Below, in pieces: positions 29,330 to 40,025 of a stretch of DNA of 64,000 bases. The stretch comes from Ruminococcus sp. GTDB lineage: Bacteria; Bacillota; Clostridia; Oscillospirales; Acutalibacteraceae. The DNA is taken from assembly GCA_045124035.1 (NCBI GenBank), contig JBGVLC010000032.1:30427-94426 (forward strand), given 5' to 3'. The notes under the pieces were generated by a model. It ran no database searches. It worked only from the letters and a program-made list of their open reading frames with translations, and was not told where the DNA came from. Position 1 is the first letter of the stretch. Each line of letters opens with the position of its first letter. A program made the position numbers and the translations under genes.

Positions 29330-30737
29330 CGGCTTCTCCTTCCTCTTCGATTATTGTGAAGGTAGCCTTTGAAAAGTCAAAACTGATAGGAACATAGGTT
29401 GCAACCTGCTCATCCTGATCGCTTTGCATAAGCCATTTTCTTTCATCTGATTCGAGGATAATCTCGTTATGTTCACCTTTCCAGATAACTGACTCGATGA
29501 ACACTTCGTCCAAGTCACCAACACCATCTCCGGCAATATGAAGGCCGCTCGGAGGCAAGGTGATATGAATCTTCGTTCCCTCTTCAAAGAAGTGATCTTT
29601 TATCTCAACTTCATTGCCCTCGATAGAAACCGTTGAAGTGTTGTTTTCTTCGTCACTATATAAAACAGTAGTGTAAATCTCGTTGTTAGGCAAGAAGAAC
29701 ATCTTTGGCATAATGTGGATATTATACGGGTCGATAGTCATACCGATGGTTGAACCAACCTTCTGACAAACTGTTGAATGAATAATCCACTGGCACTTGT
29801 TGCATTTGACGCTCATTTCATAGTGAACACCCTTGAACACAGCATCCTCAACTGTACCAACAAGCACAGCCTGTGACGGGTCAACAACCTCGATATCCTC
29901 AGGACGGATAACAACATCAACAGGAGTGTTCTTGCCAAAGCCTTTATCAACACAAGGAATGTCAAACCCAAGGATATTAACCTTGCAATCCTCAAGCATA
30001 ACGCCATTGATGATATTCGCTTCGCCGATAAAGTCAGCAACGAAAGCATTAGCAGGTTCGTTATATATATCTGTAGGAGTGCCAATCTGAGCGATGGAAC
30101 CGTTGTTCATAACAACAACTCGGTCACTCATAGTAAGAGCCTCTTCCTGATCATGAGTTACATAAACGAAAGTTTTCTTGGTTTTCTGCTGAATCTGCTT
30201 GAGCTCAATCTGCATATCTTTTCTCAGTTTTAAATCAAGAGCACCCAGCGGTTCGTCAAGCAATACAACATCCGGGTCGCACACAAGAGCACGCGCGATA
30301 GCAACACGCTGTTGCTGACCACCAGAAAGATTGTTGATTTTACGCTTCTCATAACCTTTGAGGTCAACGATAGCGAGCATATGCTTGACTTTGTTTTCTA
30401 TTTCAGCCTTACCCAGCTTTTTCAACCTGAGTCCAAATGCAATATTATCATAAACATTAAGGTGCGGGAACAGAGCATACTTCTGGAAAACAGTATTAAC
30501 ATTACGCTTATATGGCGGAAGGTCATTGATACGCTGTGAGTCAAAATACACATCACCGCTTTTAGGTTCAATAAAACCGCCGATAATTCGAAGTGTAGTA
30601 GTTTTTCCGCAACCTGACGGACCGAGCAACGTAATAAACTCTTTATCATATATATCGAGATCGATTCCGTTAAGTATGACTTCGTTTCCGTAGTCAAAGA
30701 AGATATTCCTAAGGGACACTATAGTTTTCTTGTCCAA
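29319..30737 (-). CDS. potA: Polyamine ABC ATPase with an extended C-terminus
   Basis: [31 protein letters not shown]; likely TTG start at 30737 with a GGGGG SD. Confidence 0.92.
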   Translation of the reverse strand: MDKKTIVSLRNIFFDYGNEVILNGIDLDIYDKEFITLLGPSGCGKTTTLRIIGGFIEPKSGDVYFDSQRINDLPPYKRNVNTVFQKYALFPHLNVYDNIAFGLRLKKLGKAEIENKVKHMLAIVDLKGYEKRKINNLSGGQQQRVAIARALVCDPDVVLLDEPLGALDLKLRKDMQIELKQIQQKTKKTFVYVTHDQEEALTMSDRVVVMNNGSIAQIGTPTDIYNEPANAFVADFIGEANIINGVMLEDCKVNILGFDIPCVDKGFGKNTPVDVVIRPEDIEVVDPSQAVLVGTVEDAVFKGVHYEMSVKCNKCQWIIHSTVCQKVGSTIGMTIDPYNIHIMPKMFFLPNNEIYTTVLYSDEENNTSTVSIEGNEVEIKDHFFEEGTKIHITLPPSGLHIAGDGVGDLDEVFIESVIWKGEHNEIILESDERKWLMQSDQDEQVATYVPISFDFSKATFTIIEEEGEADEI

Positions 30738-30787
30738 CTTTCTACCCCCAATCTGTTTCTTACAGAAATACAAATTTCGTCAAATAA

Positions 30788-30816
30788 ATTATATTATCAA
30801 CATCTATTTTTGTCAA
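30788..30816 (-). promoter_or_regulatory. SigA promoter of potABCD
   Basis: TTGACA-N17-TATAAT. Confidence 0.8.
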
Positions 30817-31225
30817 CGAATTTATAACGATAACAACAGACAAAATCTTACAAAAATTTAGCATAGTGCTATTTTAAAGCGTTACTATACACTACAAACA
30901 AATACAAGATAGTATTTTTGATTAAGATGTATATATTTTTTCGAATATTGAGATGTTTCTTTTTTCTAAGTTCGAATTAAAAGCTATTTGTTTGTGATTA
31001 TCAACAATTCAGCGTGGTTCATTTTGTGCACTTTGTCCCAAGTTTGAACTTTCAGCAAGCTTCGTCATTTTTATTCCAATAGATTGAGGTAAAAGTGCAC
31101 ATTATTCTGGTTACATTTTTGTTAATAATATGCATTTAATAATTGTATAAAAGAAGTTATAATTAACCTAGGGTATTTTGTGCCCTTTCGGTACAATTTA
31201 TTATTTTTTTGAAAGGAAGATTGAT

Positions 31226-34200
31226 GTGAAAAACTTCAAAAGAACGCTCAGTTTATTGCTCAGCATCCTGATGGTTGTTTCTATGCTCACAATAGTTGCA
31301 ACAGCTCAGACATTCGCAGCAGAGACTGAGACAGCACAGACAAGCGCTGTTAAAAGTGCGGACAGTTTCTCATGGGATAACGCTTCTGTTTATTTCCTGC
31401 TTACTGACCGTTTTGTTAACGGCAACACTTCAAACGACCACTCTTACAACCGTCTTATCAACAGAGACGGCTCAGTTGTAACAGCTTCACAGCTCAACTC
31501 AACTGCTGCTACTTTCCACGGCGGTGACTTCAAGGGTATCACAAACAAAATCAAAGAGGGTTACTTTGATGACCTCGGCGTTAACGCACTTTGGATTTCA
31601 GCTCCTTATGAGCAGATTCACGGTTATGTTATCGTTGGTGAGGGTAAAAGAGACTCTGTAAAGCACTACGCTTATCACGGCTACTATGCTATGGACTACA
31701 CACAGACCGACGCTAACTTCGGTACTGCTGCTGAGTTCAAAGAGATGGTAGATACAGCTCACGAACACGACATCAGAATCGTTCTTGATATCGTTATGAA
31801 CCACCCTGGTTACAACACAATCTACGATATGAACGAGTACGGTTTCGGTTCATTTATGGCTTCTTACGGCGGTGTTGACTACGCTCTTGATCAGTACTAC
31901 AACTGGAAAAACAACGCTAACTATCACCGTTCAATCGACTACAACTCATCAGCTTCAAAAGCTTTATGGGAAAACTGGTGGGGTACAAGCTGGCTTCGTT
32001 GCGGTATCGCAGGCCACACACCATTCGGCGGTGACGACCTCACAAAATCTGCCGGCGGTGAACTCCCTGACTTCAAAACTGAGTCAAATCAGACTGTAAA
32101 CGTTCCTACTTTCCTCCAGAACAAGTGGAAGAAAGAAGGCAGATATGACAAAGAAATGGCTGACCTCAACGCATTCTTCGCTAAGGGCAACTCTAAGACA
32201 GTTCGTAACTACCTCGTTGCTTGGCTTGCTGAATGGGTTAGAGAGTACGGTGTTGACGGCTTCAGATGTGATACAGCTAAGCACGTTGAACTTCCATCTT
32301 GGAAGGCTCTCTCTGACGAGTGTACAAAAGCTCTCAACGAGTGGAGATCTAACAATAAGGGCAAGGTTGAAGCTGCTTCATGGACAGATGATTTCTGGAT
32401 GACAGCTGAGGACTACGGCTCAGGTCTCAACAAAGACAGCTACTTCACAAATGGTGGTTTTGATTCAAAAATCAACTTCTCATTCACTGGTGGCGGCGGT
32501 GTTCCAAACGCAGGCTCTATCAACAACACATACTCACAGTACGCAAGCAAGATCAACTCTGATCCAAACTTCAACGTACTTTCTTATATTTCTTCACACG
32601 ATACTGCGCTTTGCCGTGGTGATATGATTTATCAGGGTTCAGCATTCCAGCTCATGCCTGGTGCTATCCAGATTTTCTATGGTGACGAATCAAACCGTCC
32701 ATACTTAAACGATCCACTCGGCGATTCAATCAAAGATCACCAGCTTCGTTCAGATATGAACTGGAACTCACTTGACAAAAACGTTCTTGCTCATTGGCAG
32801 AAGGTTGGTCAGTTCAGAAACAACCACGTTGCTGTAGGTGCTGGTTCACACAACTCAATCACAGCAACAAGCGGCACTGCTTTCGTAAGAGATTACAACA
32901 AGAACGGCGTTACAGATACAGTATTCGCTGTAATCGCTGCTAACAAGAACACAAACGTTACTCTCACAGTTGGTTCTTATGTTTCTGACGGCACTCTCCT
33001 CAAGAACACATACGACGATTCAACAGCTACAGTATCAGGCGGCAAGGTTACATTCAACTCAGGCGCTAACGGTACTATCCTTGTTGAAATCGCAGGTGCT
33101 TCAACAACTCCTGACGTTTCTGTTTCTAACTCAGGCGGCAACTTTGCTGATACACTTTCAATCACAGCAACATTAAACGAGTTCGCTACTTCAGGTACAT
33201 ACCAGATCGGCAACGCTGCTCCTGTAACATTCACAGGTTCAAAGACATTCACAATCGGCGCTGATATGGCATTTGACCAGTCTGTTACAATCAAGTTCAC
33301 AGCTACTAACGGCACTGAAACAAAAGAGCGTTCTTACACATATACAAAGATTGACCCAACTGCAACACCATTCAAGTTCCCAACAGAGCGCACAACTTAC
33401 CTGCTCGATACAGCAGGCTGGGGTAAGGCTAACTGCTACGCTTGGATCACAGGTGGCGCTAACAATGGTCAGTGGCCTGGTCTCGCTATGAAAGAAGCTG
33501 GCGAATACGAAGGCAAGAAGGTTTACTCATACGAAGTTCCTGCTTCTATGACAAACGTTATCTTCAACAACGGCACTACTCAGACAGACGACCTCACTTT
33601 CCAGGCATACTCTTACTTCGACAACGGCTCAAAGACATGGGTAAAGGTTGATGTTCCAACACCACAACCAACACAGCCTATCCCAACACAGCCTGTTCCA
33701 ACTCAGCCAGTACCAACACAGCCTGTTCCAACTCAGCCTGTTCCAACTCAGCCTATCCCAACACAGCCAACATCAAGCGAGACAATCATCCTTGGTGACG
33801 CTGATATGGACGCTTGGGTTTCAGTTATGGACGCAACACTCATCCAGTACCATGTTGCTGATCTCAGAAAGCTCACAGCTAACGGTATGATTGCTGCTGA
33901 TGTTGATGGAGATAAGAAGGTTACTGTTCTTGATGCGACAATCATCCAGCTCTGGCTCTCACAGCTTACAAATGATTATCCAATCAACAAGCCTGTTCAG
34001 GGTACTGTAGAGCCTACAACACCTACACCAACACAGCCTGTTCCAACACAGCCTGTTCCAACTCAGCCAGTACCAACACAGCCTGTCCCAACAACTCCTG
34101 TTCCTACAGAACCACCTGTATCAGACAAGAATGTTGTATATGTTGATATGGGTTACCAGTGTTCAGCTACTGCTTACTACTGGGCTGATGGCAGCGTAGG

Positions 34201-34660
34201 TTCAGTTACATGGCCAGGCGTTGCTATGACAAATGTTTCTGGCAGCATCTACAAGGTTGAAGTTCCAAAGGACTGCAACATGATCATCTTCTCTAACAAT
34301 GGTGCTTCACAGACAGGCGACCTCACAATTCCTGGTGACAACTACATCTACCAGAACGGTAACTGGGCTCCTTACACAGGTCCTACACCTCCAGGTCCAA
34401 CTCCAAGCGGTGAATACATCTACTTCAGAGGTAGCTGGGGTAATGTTAACATCTACTACTGGAGCGATTCTAACATCACAATGACAACATGGCCAGGCGT
34501 TGCTATGGAATCAGTTGGCAACGGCGTTTTCAGAGCACAGATTCCAAGTGATGCTACAATGGTTATCTTCAACAACGGCGGTGACCAGACTGGCGACATT
34601 CCACTTCAGGGCTTCAACAAGATTTATGACAACGGCTCTTGGAGTGACTACACAGGTTAA
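31226..34660 (+). CDS. Secreted multimodular GH13 alpha-amylase: catalytic domain + Ig-like + starch-binding module + PT linker + dockerin + PT linker + 2 starch-binding (CBM26-like) modules
   Basis: GTG start with GAAAGGAAG SD; signal peptide; GH13 catalytic motifs DGFRCDTAKH, WMTAEDY, YISSHDT; dockerin GDADMDAWVSVMDATLIQ / ADVDGDKKVTVLDATIIQ; three Y.W..WPG..M..IF.N.G.QT.D modules. Confidence 0.92.
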   Translation: MKNFKRTLSLLLSILMVVSMLTIVATAQTFAAETETAQTSAVKSADSFSWDNASVYFLLTDRFVNGNTSNDHSYNRLINRDGSVVTASQLNSTAATFHGGDFKGITNKIKEGYFDDLGVNALWISAPYEQIHGYVIVGEGKRDSVKHYAYHGYYAMDYTQTDANFGTAAEFKEMVDTAHEHDIRIVLDIVMNHPGYNTIYDMNEYGFGSFMASYGGVDYALDQYYNWKNNANYHRSIDYNSSASKALWENWWGTSWLRCGIAGHTPFGGDDLTKSAGGELPDFKTESNQTVNVPTFLQNKWKKEGRYDKEMADLNAFFAKGNSKTVRNYLVAWLAEWVREYGVDGFRCDTAKHVELPSWKALSDECTKALNEWRSNNKGKVEAASWTDDFWMTAEDYGSGLNKDSYFTNGGFDSKINFSFTGGGGVPNAGSINNTYSQYASKINSDPNFNVLSYISSHDTALCRGDMIYQGSAFQLMPGAIQIFYGDESNRPYLNDPLGDSIKDHQLRSDMNWNSLDKNVLAHWQKVGQFRNNHVAVGAGSHNSITATSGTAFVRDYNKNGVTDTVFAVIAANKNTNVTLTVGSYVSDGTLLKNTYDDSTATVSGGKVTFNSGANGTILVEIAGASTTPDVSVSNSGGNFADTLSITATLNEFATSGTYQIGNAAPVTFTGSKTFTIGADMAFDQSVTIKFTATNGTETKERSYTYTKIDPTATPFKFPTERTTYLLDTAGWGKANCYAWITGGANNGQWPGLAMKEAGEYEGKKVYSYEVPASMTNVIFNNGTTQTDDLTFQAYSYFDNGSKTWVKVDVPTPQPTQPIPTQPVPTQPVPTQPVPTQPVPTQPIPTQPTSSETIILGDADMDAWVSVMDATLIQYHVADLRKLTANGMIAADVDGDKKVTVLDATIIQLWLSQLTNDYPINKPVQGTVEPTTPTPTQPVPTQPVPTQPVPTQPVPTTPVPTEPPVSDKNVVYVDMGYQCSATAYYWADGSVGSVTWPGVAMTNVSGSIYKVEVPKDCNMIIFSNNGASQTGDLTIPGDNYIYQNGNWAPYTGPTPPGPTPSGEYIYFRGSWGNVNIYYWSDSNITMTTWPGVAMESVGNGVFRAQIPSDATMVIFNNGGDQTGDIPLQGFNKIYDNGSWSDYTG
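33668..33772 (+). repeat. 15-nt tandem repeat encoding a PTQP(V/I) linker (7 units)
   Basis: ccaacacagcct(g/a)tt-type units visible; the protein reads PTQPIPTQPV... Confidence 0.9.
34028..34117 (+). repeat. Second PTQPV linker repeat (about 6 units)
   Basis: PTQPV x4, then PTTPV and PTEPP. Confidence 0.9.
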
Positions 34661-34687
34661 TTTTTAATCTGAATAAGTACAATATTT

Positions 34688-34720
34688 CGGCAGACGGCGA
34701 AAGTCGTCTGCCGTTTTTTT
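34688..34720 (+). terminator. Intrinsic terminator after the amylase
   Basis: CGGCAGACGGC-GAAA-GTCGTCTGCCG followed by T7. Confidence 0.9.
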
Positions 34721-34837
34721 ATGCCATTAGTTATTACTTGTCCTAAAAATCACCATATCCCCCAAACAAATTGACAAATACTCAAAATGCTATATAATGT
34801 TATATGTATAATAGTAATAGTGGGTTATTATGAGTAA

Positions 34838-35707
34838 TTGAAAATAACTCAACTTCTACCACATATGGAGGTTATAGAATTGTTCCAGATTTATAATGAG
34901 CATAAGGGCTTCTGGAAGCAGATTTTCCTGCTTGCAAAAAATGAACTTATCAAAACCTACAAAGGTGCTGTTATCGGTCCTTTCTGGGCTGTTATCAAAC
35001 CTGCGTTCACTTTGTTTGTATACTGGTTTGCGTTCACCTGCGGTATCAAAGAGCTCGGTGCTGTTGATGTAACCATCAATGGTGAATTCGTCAACACCTT
35101 TGACCGCTTCACATTTATGATAGTTGGTTTCATCCCTTGGTTCTTTATGACTGACAGCATCACACAGGGCGCGAAATCTATCAGAATGAACCGCCAGTTT
35201 GTCACCAAGGTTCACTTCCCTGTTTCTACCATCGTTACTTTCACTTCGATGGCAAGACTCTACGTCCACTTCCTGCTTGCAGCTTTGATGTACCTTTACG
35301 TTACACTTGTCTCAGGAGTTGGATTCAGCTTATATAATCTGCAGTTTTTCTTATACTGCCCGCTTATGTTCATCTTCTTCGTTGCTCTTGCGTGGTCAAC
35401 AGCTCCTATGTCAGCCTTCTCAAGAGACTTCGAGAATATGATTGTGTCAATTATGTCCGGTATTTTCTGGATTTCCGGTATTATTTACTCAAGCTACGAA
35501 TTCACTAGCGGTCCGCTGAAATACCTTATGCTTTTGAACCCTATCAACTTCTTTGCTAACGGATACAGAAACGCTTTCCTCTATGAAAGATGGTTCTTTG
35601 AATATCCGCTTGAGCTTATCATCTTCCTTATCGAACTTGTGGTGGTTGTCTTCCTTGGTGTATTTAACTACAACCGACTCAGAAAATCACTCCCTGACGT
35701 ACTGTAA
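34838..35707 (+). CDS. ABC-2 permease for teichoic acid/polysaccharide export (TagG/Wzm-like)
   Basis: YKGAVIGPFW, GFIPWFF, FVTKVHFP, LNPINFFANGYR; TTGACA-N16-TATAAT promoter at 34771-34798. Confidence 0.88.
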   Translation: MKITQLLPHMEVIELFQIYNEHKGFWKQIFLLAKNELIKTYKGAVIGPFWAVIKPAFTLFVYWFAFTCGIKELGAVDVTINGEFVNTFDRFTFMIVGFIPWFFMTDSITQGAKSIRMNRQFVTKVHFPVSTIVTFTSMARLYVHFLLAALMYLYVTLVSGVGFSLYNLQFFLYCPLMFIFFVALAWSTAPMSAFSRDFENMIVSIMSGIFWISGIIYSSYEFTSGPLKYLMLLNPINFFANGYRNAFLYERWFFEYPLELIIFLIELVVVVFLGVFNYNRLRKSLPDVL

Positions 35708-35721
35708 TTTAGGAGGATAAT

Positions 35722-36453
35722 ATGTCACAATCAATTATTTCATTCAAAAATGTCAGCAAGGAATATATCCTTTATAAAAACGAACAAGAGAGATTCAAGG
35801 CACTTTTCAGAAAGCCAAAGAACCCTAAGATAAACAAAGCTCTCAAAAACGTAAGCTTTGAAATCGGCAAGGGTGAATCTGTTGGTATCATCGGCGATAA
35901 CGGTGCCGGTAAATCAACTATCCTCAAGCTCATCACAGGCGTTGCTTTTCCTAGCGAAGGTGAGGTCGAAGTTCAGGGCAAGGTTGCAGCTTTGCTTGAG
36001 CTTACAGCTGGCTTCTCAATGGAAATGACAGGCAGAGAGAATATTTATCTCAAGGGATACATCCTCGGCCTCAATGATGAATACATCCGCACTATTGAAG
36101 AAAGAGTTATCGATTTTGCTCAGCTTGGCGACTATATCGACCAGCCGGTTCGAACATACTCAAGTGGTATGAGACTCCGTCTTGGTTTTGCTATCAACAT
36201 CAACATCGAGCCTGACATTCTTGTTGTCGACGAGGCTTTGGCTGTTGGTGATGCCTCATTCAAGAAAAAATGTAAAGATAAAATCAGCGAAATCATCAAA
36301 AGCGGTGTTACTGTTTTATATGTAAGCCATAACGAAAACAGTGTTGCCGAAGTGTGTAATCGAGCTATCTTCCTCAAAAAAGGTCAGCTTGTTTTTGACG
36401 GTGATATTCCTACAGCTTTCGAAAAATACAAGGAAAGCAAAGTGAAAAAATAA
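35722..36453 (+). CDS. ABC ATPase TagH/Wzt-like
   Basis: GDNGAGKST, TYSSGM, DEALAVGD. Confidence 0.9.
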   Translation: MSQSIISFKNVSKEYILYKNEQERFKALFRKPKNPKINKALKNVSFEIGKGESVGIIGDNGAGKSTILKLITGVAFPSEGEVEVQGKVAALLELTAGFSMEMTGRENIYLKGYILGLNDEYIRTIEERVIDFAQLGDYIDQPVRTYSSGMRLRLGFAININIEPDILVVDEALAVGDASFKKKCKDKISEIIKSGVTVLYVSHNENSVAEVCNRAIFLKKGQLVFDGDIPTAFEKYKESKVKK

Positions 36454-36483
36454 TTCCCTTTTAGAATTAACACGAGGTACTGT

Positions 36484-38280
36484 ATGCTCAGTGATTTCTT
36501 CGAAAATGAGATATTTATGTCTTGCGAGTATATAAAATCACACAACCTTTCTCTCAAAGAAGGCTCGGTTGTCAACATAATCGGCGACAACATTTTGTGT
36601 GATTATCTCTCAGCGACGCTCTACTCTCTCAACAATAAAACTGAATATAGTTACACCGTGTATCAGCTCAAAAATGCTGATGCTCTTTCAAGCACTGTTT
36701 CAAAGCAGTGCTTTTTGTACTGTTTTGATGCAAGAGTTGAAAACGAACACAGTATGCGCGATTTTAAGAAGTCTCTCGACTATGCAACAAATATTAAAGA
36801 TGCTCAGTTCATTGCGATGATTATTGTGCCACAACTAGCAAAGCGCGAGGATGTTCATTCGCTATGCGAAATGGAGCTGTCTGTAGTCTCAACCGATTAC
36901 CTCAGAGAAATCGAAAGCACTCTTTCATCGTACTGTGATAAACTCAACATCAAAGAAATCCGATTTGACAACTTCCTGATTGAAGACAGTGAGCATAATC
37001 TTTTGAACATCAGCAAAATTGTCAAAGAAGCAATGAGCACAAATTGCGTCAACATAAACTCAAGTGATGCGTTCGATGTTGTGTCGGCCTGCAGTATGAG
37101 TGATGCTGTGAATGCAGTTTTCACCGTCATCGAAGAAGGAAAGTACGGCAACATATATAATATGTCCGGTGAACCAATGTCATTATATGATGCTAAATCC
37201 TTCGTATATGAAACGCTTTGTCCATATGGAATCAAGCTTACTTTCACCGATAACGATACACCCACGAAAAAATCGTACAGAGTGCTTGACACCGGAAAAC
37301 TCACTTCTCTGTCCTATTCCCCGTTGTGTAATAACGAAACACGACTTGTGTATGCTATATCCGATATCGTCAAAGATAAATATGATATCATAAACGATAA
37401 GATAGACGAACTGTACAACGGAAAGCTTCAGTACATCCGCGATATGGAACTCGAGCTCTTACGCGTTGTTGACAGAATATGTCGCAGTAATAACATTCAG
37501 TACTTTCTGTCAGGAGGTACAATGCTGGGAGCTGTGCGACACAAAGGCTTCATTCCTTGGGATGATGATATCGACATCGCAATGCTCAGGGAAGACTACA
37601 TAAGATTCAAAGAAATATGTCAGACTCAGCTTCCTGAGAAATATCAATACCAGTCGTTCACAAACCGCGACGGTTATCACTATTTCTTCGACAAAATAAC
37701 TATCAAAGATACTTATTTTTCGACAATGTATTCTGACAAATTCGATATGCTCAAGGGAATTTCCATTGACATATTCGTTTTTGATAAAACATCCGACAAA
37801 AAGTTCTTCCAGAAGCTTCATTTCAAAACGCTGATGGCACTGAGACTTATGATGAATGTCAGATGGATAAACAAGCCGAGAAAAGACAAGAGCTATCTGC
37901 TATCCAAAATCCTTTTGCCGATACTCAGGATTTTCTCTATGGACACATACTCTAAGATATATGATAAGGTGCTAAGACGATATGAAAAGCGTAACACCCA
38001 GACCGTTTTGCCTCCTGCAACCGATCACAAATGGCGTGGTGTTATGCCAAAGAGATGGTTCGAAAATGTTGTTGACGCACCATTCGAAAACGTCTCCTCG
38101 TACATTCCGACAGGATACGACAACTATCTTAAACTGTGGTACTGCGAAGATTATATGGAGCTGTTACCACTGAGCAACCGAGTCGGCTCACACGACTTTT
38201 ATCGACTCGATATCGGAAATGAAATCAAATCTGAAACTGATGAACTTTCCCACTATAACCACAAAGGCGAATTGCTGTAA
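36484..38280 (+). CDS. Fusion of a degenerate NAD-dependent epimerase-like N-terminal domain and a LicD family phosphotransferase
   Basis: C-terminal YFLSGGTMLGAVRHKGFIPWDDDIDIAMLREDY and ISIDIF; N-terminal GKYGNIYNMSGE resembles extended-SDR C-terminal motifs but no GxxGxxG is seen. Confidence 0.75.
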   Translation: MLSDFFENEIFMSCEYIKSHNLSLKEGSVVNIIGDNILCDYLSATLYSLNNKTEYSYTVYQLKNADALSSTVSKQCFLYCFDARVENEHSMRDFKKSLDYATNIKDAQFIAMIIVPQLAKREDVHSLCEMELSVVSTDYLREIESTLSSYCDKLNIKEIRFDNFLIEDSEHNLLNISKIVKEAMSTNCVNINSSDAFDVVSACSMSDAVNAVFTVIEEGKYGNIYNMSGEPMSLYDAKSFVYETLCPYGIKLTFTDNDTPTKKSYRVLDTGKLTSLSYSPLCNNETRLVYAISDIVKDKYDIINDKIDELYNGKLQYIRDMELELLRVVDRICRSNNIQYFLSGGTMLGAVRHKGFIPWDDDIDIAMLREDYIRFKEICQTQLPEKYQYQSFTNRDGYHYFFDKITIKDTYFSTMYSDKFDMLKGISIDIFVFDKTSDKKFFQKLHFKTLMALRLMMNVRWINKPRKDKSYLLSKILLPILRIFSMDTYSKIYDKVLRRYEKRNTQTVLPPATDHKWRGVMPKRWFENVVDAPFENVSSYIPTGYDNYLKLWYCEDYMELLPLSNRVGSHDFYRLDIGNEIKSETDELSHYNHKGELL

Positions 38281-38291
38281 GGAGATATATT

Positions 38292-39005
38292 ATGGTATTT
38301 TCAGTTATTTTAGCAGGTGGCACAGGAAACCGTATGGGCAACACAGACAAACCCAAGCAGTTCCTCACCATCAAAGACAAGCCTATTATCATTCACACAA
38401 TAGAAAAGTTCCTTTCAGAACCTAAGTTTGAGAAAATCATCGTTCTCTCCCCTTCTATGTGGATCGACCACACGAAGCGTATTATTACCAGATACATCGG
38501 CGAGTGTGACAAAATCGCAGTCATCGAAGGTGGTGACACCCGAAACGAAACCATTATGAATTCTATTGACTATATTGAGAAGAACTACACACTTGATGAC
38601 GATACTATCATCGTCACTCACGACAGCGTTCGTCCTTTTGTTACCCATAGAATCATAAAGGAAAATATTGAGGCCGCTAAAACTTTCGGTGCTTGTGATA
38701 CAGTTATCCCTGCTACAGATACTATCGTTGAGAGTATCAACGGTAACACTATTTCTGACATCCCTGAAAGAAAGAATATGTATCAGGGCCAGACTCCTCA
38801 GTCTTTCAAGGCTAAGAATCTCAGAGAGCTTTATCGCTCACTCACAGATACAGAGCGTGATATTCTGACCGATGCTGCGAAAATCCTCGTTATGAAAGGT
38901 CAGAACGTTCACCTTGTTCAGGGCGAAACATACAACATTAAAATCACATACCCTTATGACCTCAAAATTGCAAGGTCACTTTTAGAGGATGAAATAAATG
39001 ATTAA
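38292..39005 (+). CDS. tarI: Ribitol-5-phosphate cytidylyltransferase (IspD/TarI)
   Basis: ILAGGTGNRMG..PKQFL, HDSVRPF, QGQTPQSF, NIKITYPYDL; adjacent to tarJ. Confidence 0.88.
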   Translation: MVFSVILAGGTGNRMGNTDKPKQFLTIKDKPIIIHTIEKFLSEPKFEKIIVLSPSMWIDHTKRIITRYIGECDKIAVIEGGDTRNETIMNSIDYIEKNYTLDDDTIIVTHDSVRPFVTHRIIKENIEAAKTFGACDTVIPATDTIVESINGNTISDIPERKNMYQGQTPQSFKAKNLRELYRSLTDTERDILTDAAKILVMKGQNVHLVQGETYNIKITYPYDLKIARSLLEDEIND

Positions 39006-40020
39006 CACTATCTACAGGCTGAGCGCTCAAAGACGCTTTGAAATCGCTTTTGAGGACATCAGCTTCACTGACAACTGCATAGTCAGACCGACTCATCTTT
39101 CTATATGTAACGCTGACCAGCGCTACTATCAGGGCACGAGAGATGCCAAGGTTATGAAAGAAAAGCTCCCGATGGCACTCATACATGAAGGCGTCGGCGA
39201 GGTTGTTTTTGATAAAAGCGGTACTTTCAAACAGGGCGATATGGTTGTTATGATTCCGAACATCCCTACATCAGAGGACGAAATCATCGCAGAAAACTAT
39301 CGTGAAACCAGCAAGTTCTGCGCAAGCTCAACCGACGGTTTTATGCAGGAACTCATTGAGATTCCACAAGATCGCCTTGTAAAGCTTCCGAAGAATATCA
39401 ACCTTGATGTTGCCGCTTTCACCGAAATCGTCAGCGTTAGCGTTCACGCTATCTCCCGCTTTGACTCTATCGCACACAAGAGACGTGATGCGGTTGGTGT
39501 ATGGGGCGATGGAAACTTAGCTTTCATAACATCGCTTTTCCTTAAGAAGATGTTCCCTGATATCAAGGTTTATGTTTTCGGTATCAACCGAGATAAACTC
39601 AACGATTTCTCGTTTGTTGACGAAACTTTCCTCACTACCGATATCCCAAGTGAGCTGAGAATTGACCACGCTTTCGAGTGTGTCGGAGCGAATGGTTCAC
39701 CTATCGCTATCGAACAAATTATCAGCTACATCCGTCCTGAGGGTACTATAGCTATTATGGGCGTATCGGAGTATCCAGTTCCTGTAAACACAAGAATGAT
39801 ACTCGAAAAAGGACTGCGAATGTTCGGCACAAGCCGAAGTGGTAGAGTAGATTTCGAGAAAACTATTGAGCTTTATATAAAGCATCCTGAAATCGTCAGC
39901 TACCTCACCCACATCGTTGGAAACACAGTTGAGGTGAACAACTTCGCTGACATTTCCAAAGCTTTTGAACTCGACACTCGAAAGCCATTTGGCAAAACAG
40001 TAATGCATTGGAACCTATAA
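38998..40020 (+). CDS. tarJ: Ribulose-5-phosphate reductase / ribitol-5-phosphate dehydrogenase
   Basis: SICNADQRYYQG, LPMALIHE, VWGDGNL, DHAFECVG, GTSRSGRVDF. Confidence 0.9.
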   Translation: MINTIYRLSAQRRFEIAFEDISFTDNCIVRPTHLSICNADQRYYQGTRDAKVMKEKLPMALIHEGVGEVVFDKSGTFKQGDMVVMIPNIPTSEDEIIAENYRETSKFCASSTDGFMQELIEIPQDRLVKLPKNINLDVAAFTEIVSVSVHAISRFDSIAHKRRDAVGVWGDGNLAFITSLFLKKMFPDIKVYVFGINRDKLNDFSFVDETFLTTDIPSELRIDHAFECVGANGSPIAIEQIISYIRPEGTIAIMGVSEYPVPVNTRMILEKGLRMFGTSRSGRVDFEKTIELYIKHPEIVSYLTHIVGNTVEVNNFADISKAFELDTRKPFGKTVMHWNL

Positions 40021-40025
40021 ATAGC

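Noticed and set aside
33660-34120. Short regular repeats resembling an array
   Set aside because: They are 15-nt in-frame units encoding PTQPV linkers inside the amylase, with no unique spacers. This is not CRISPR.
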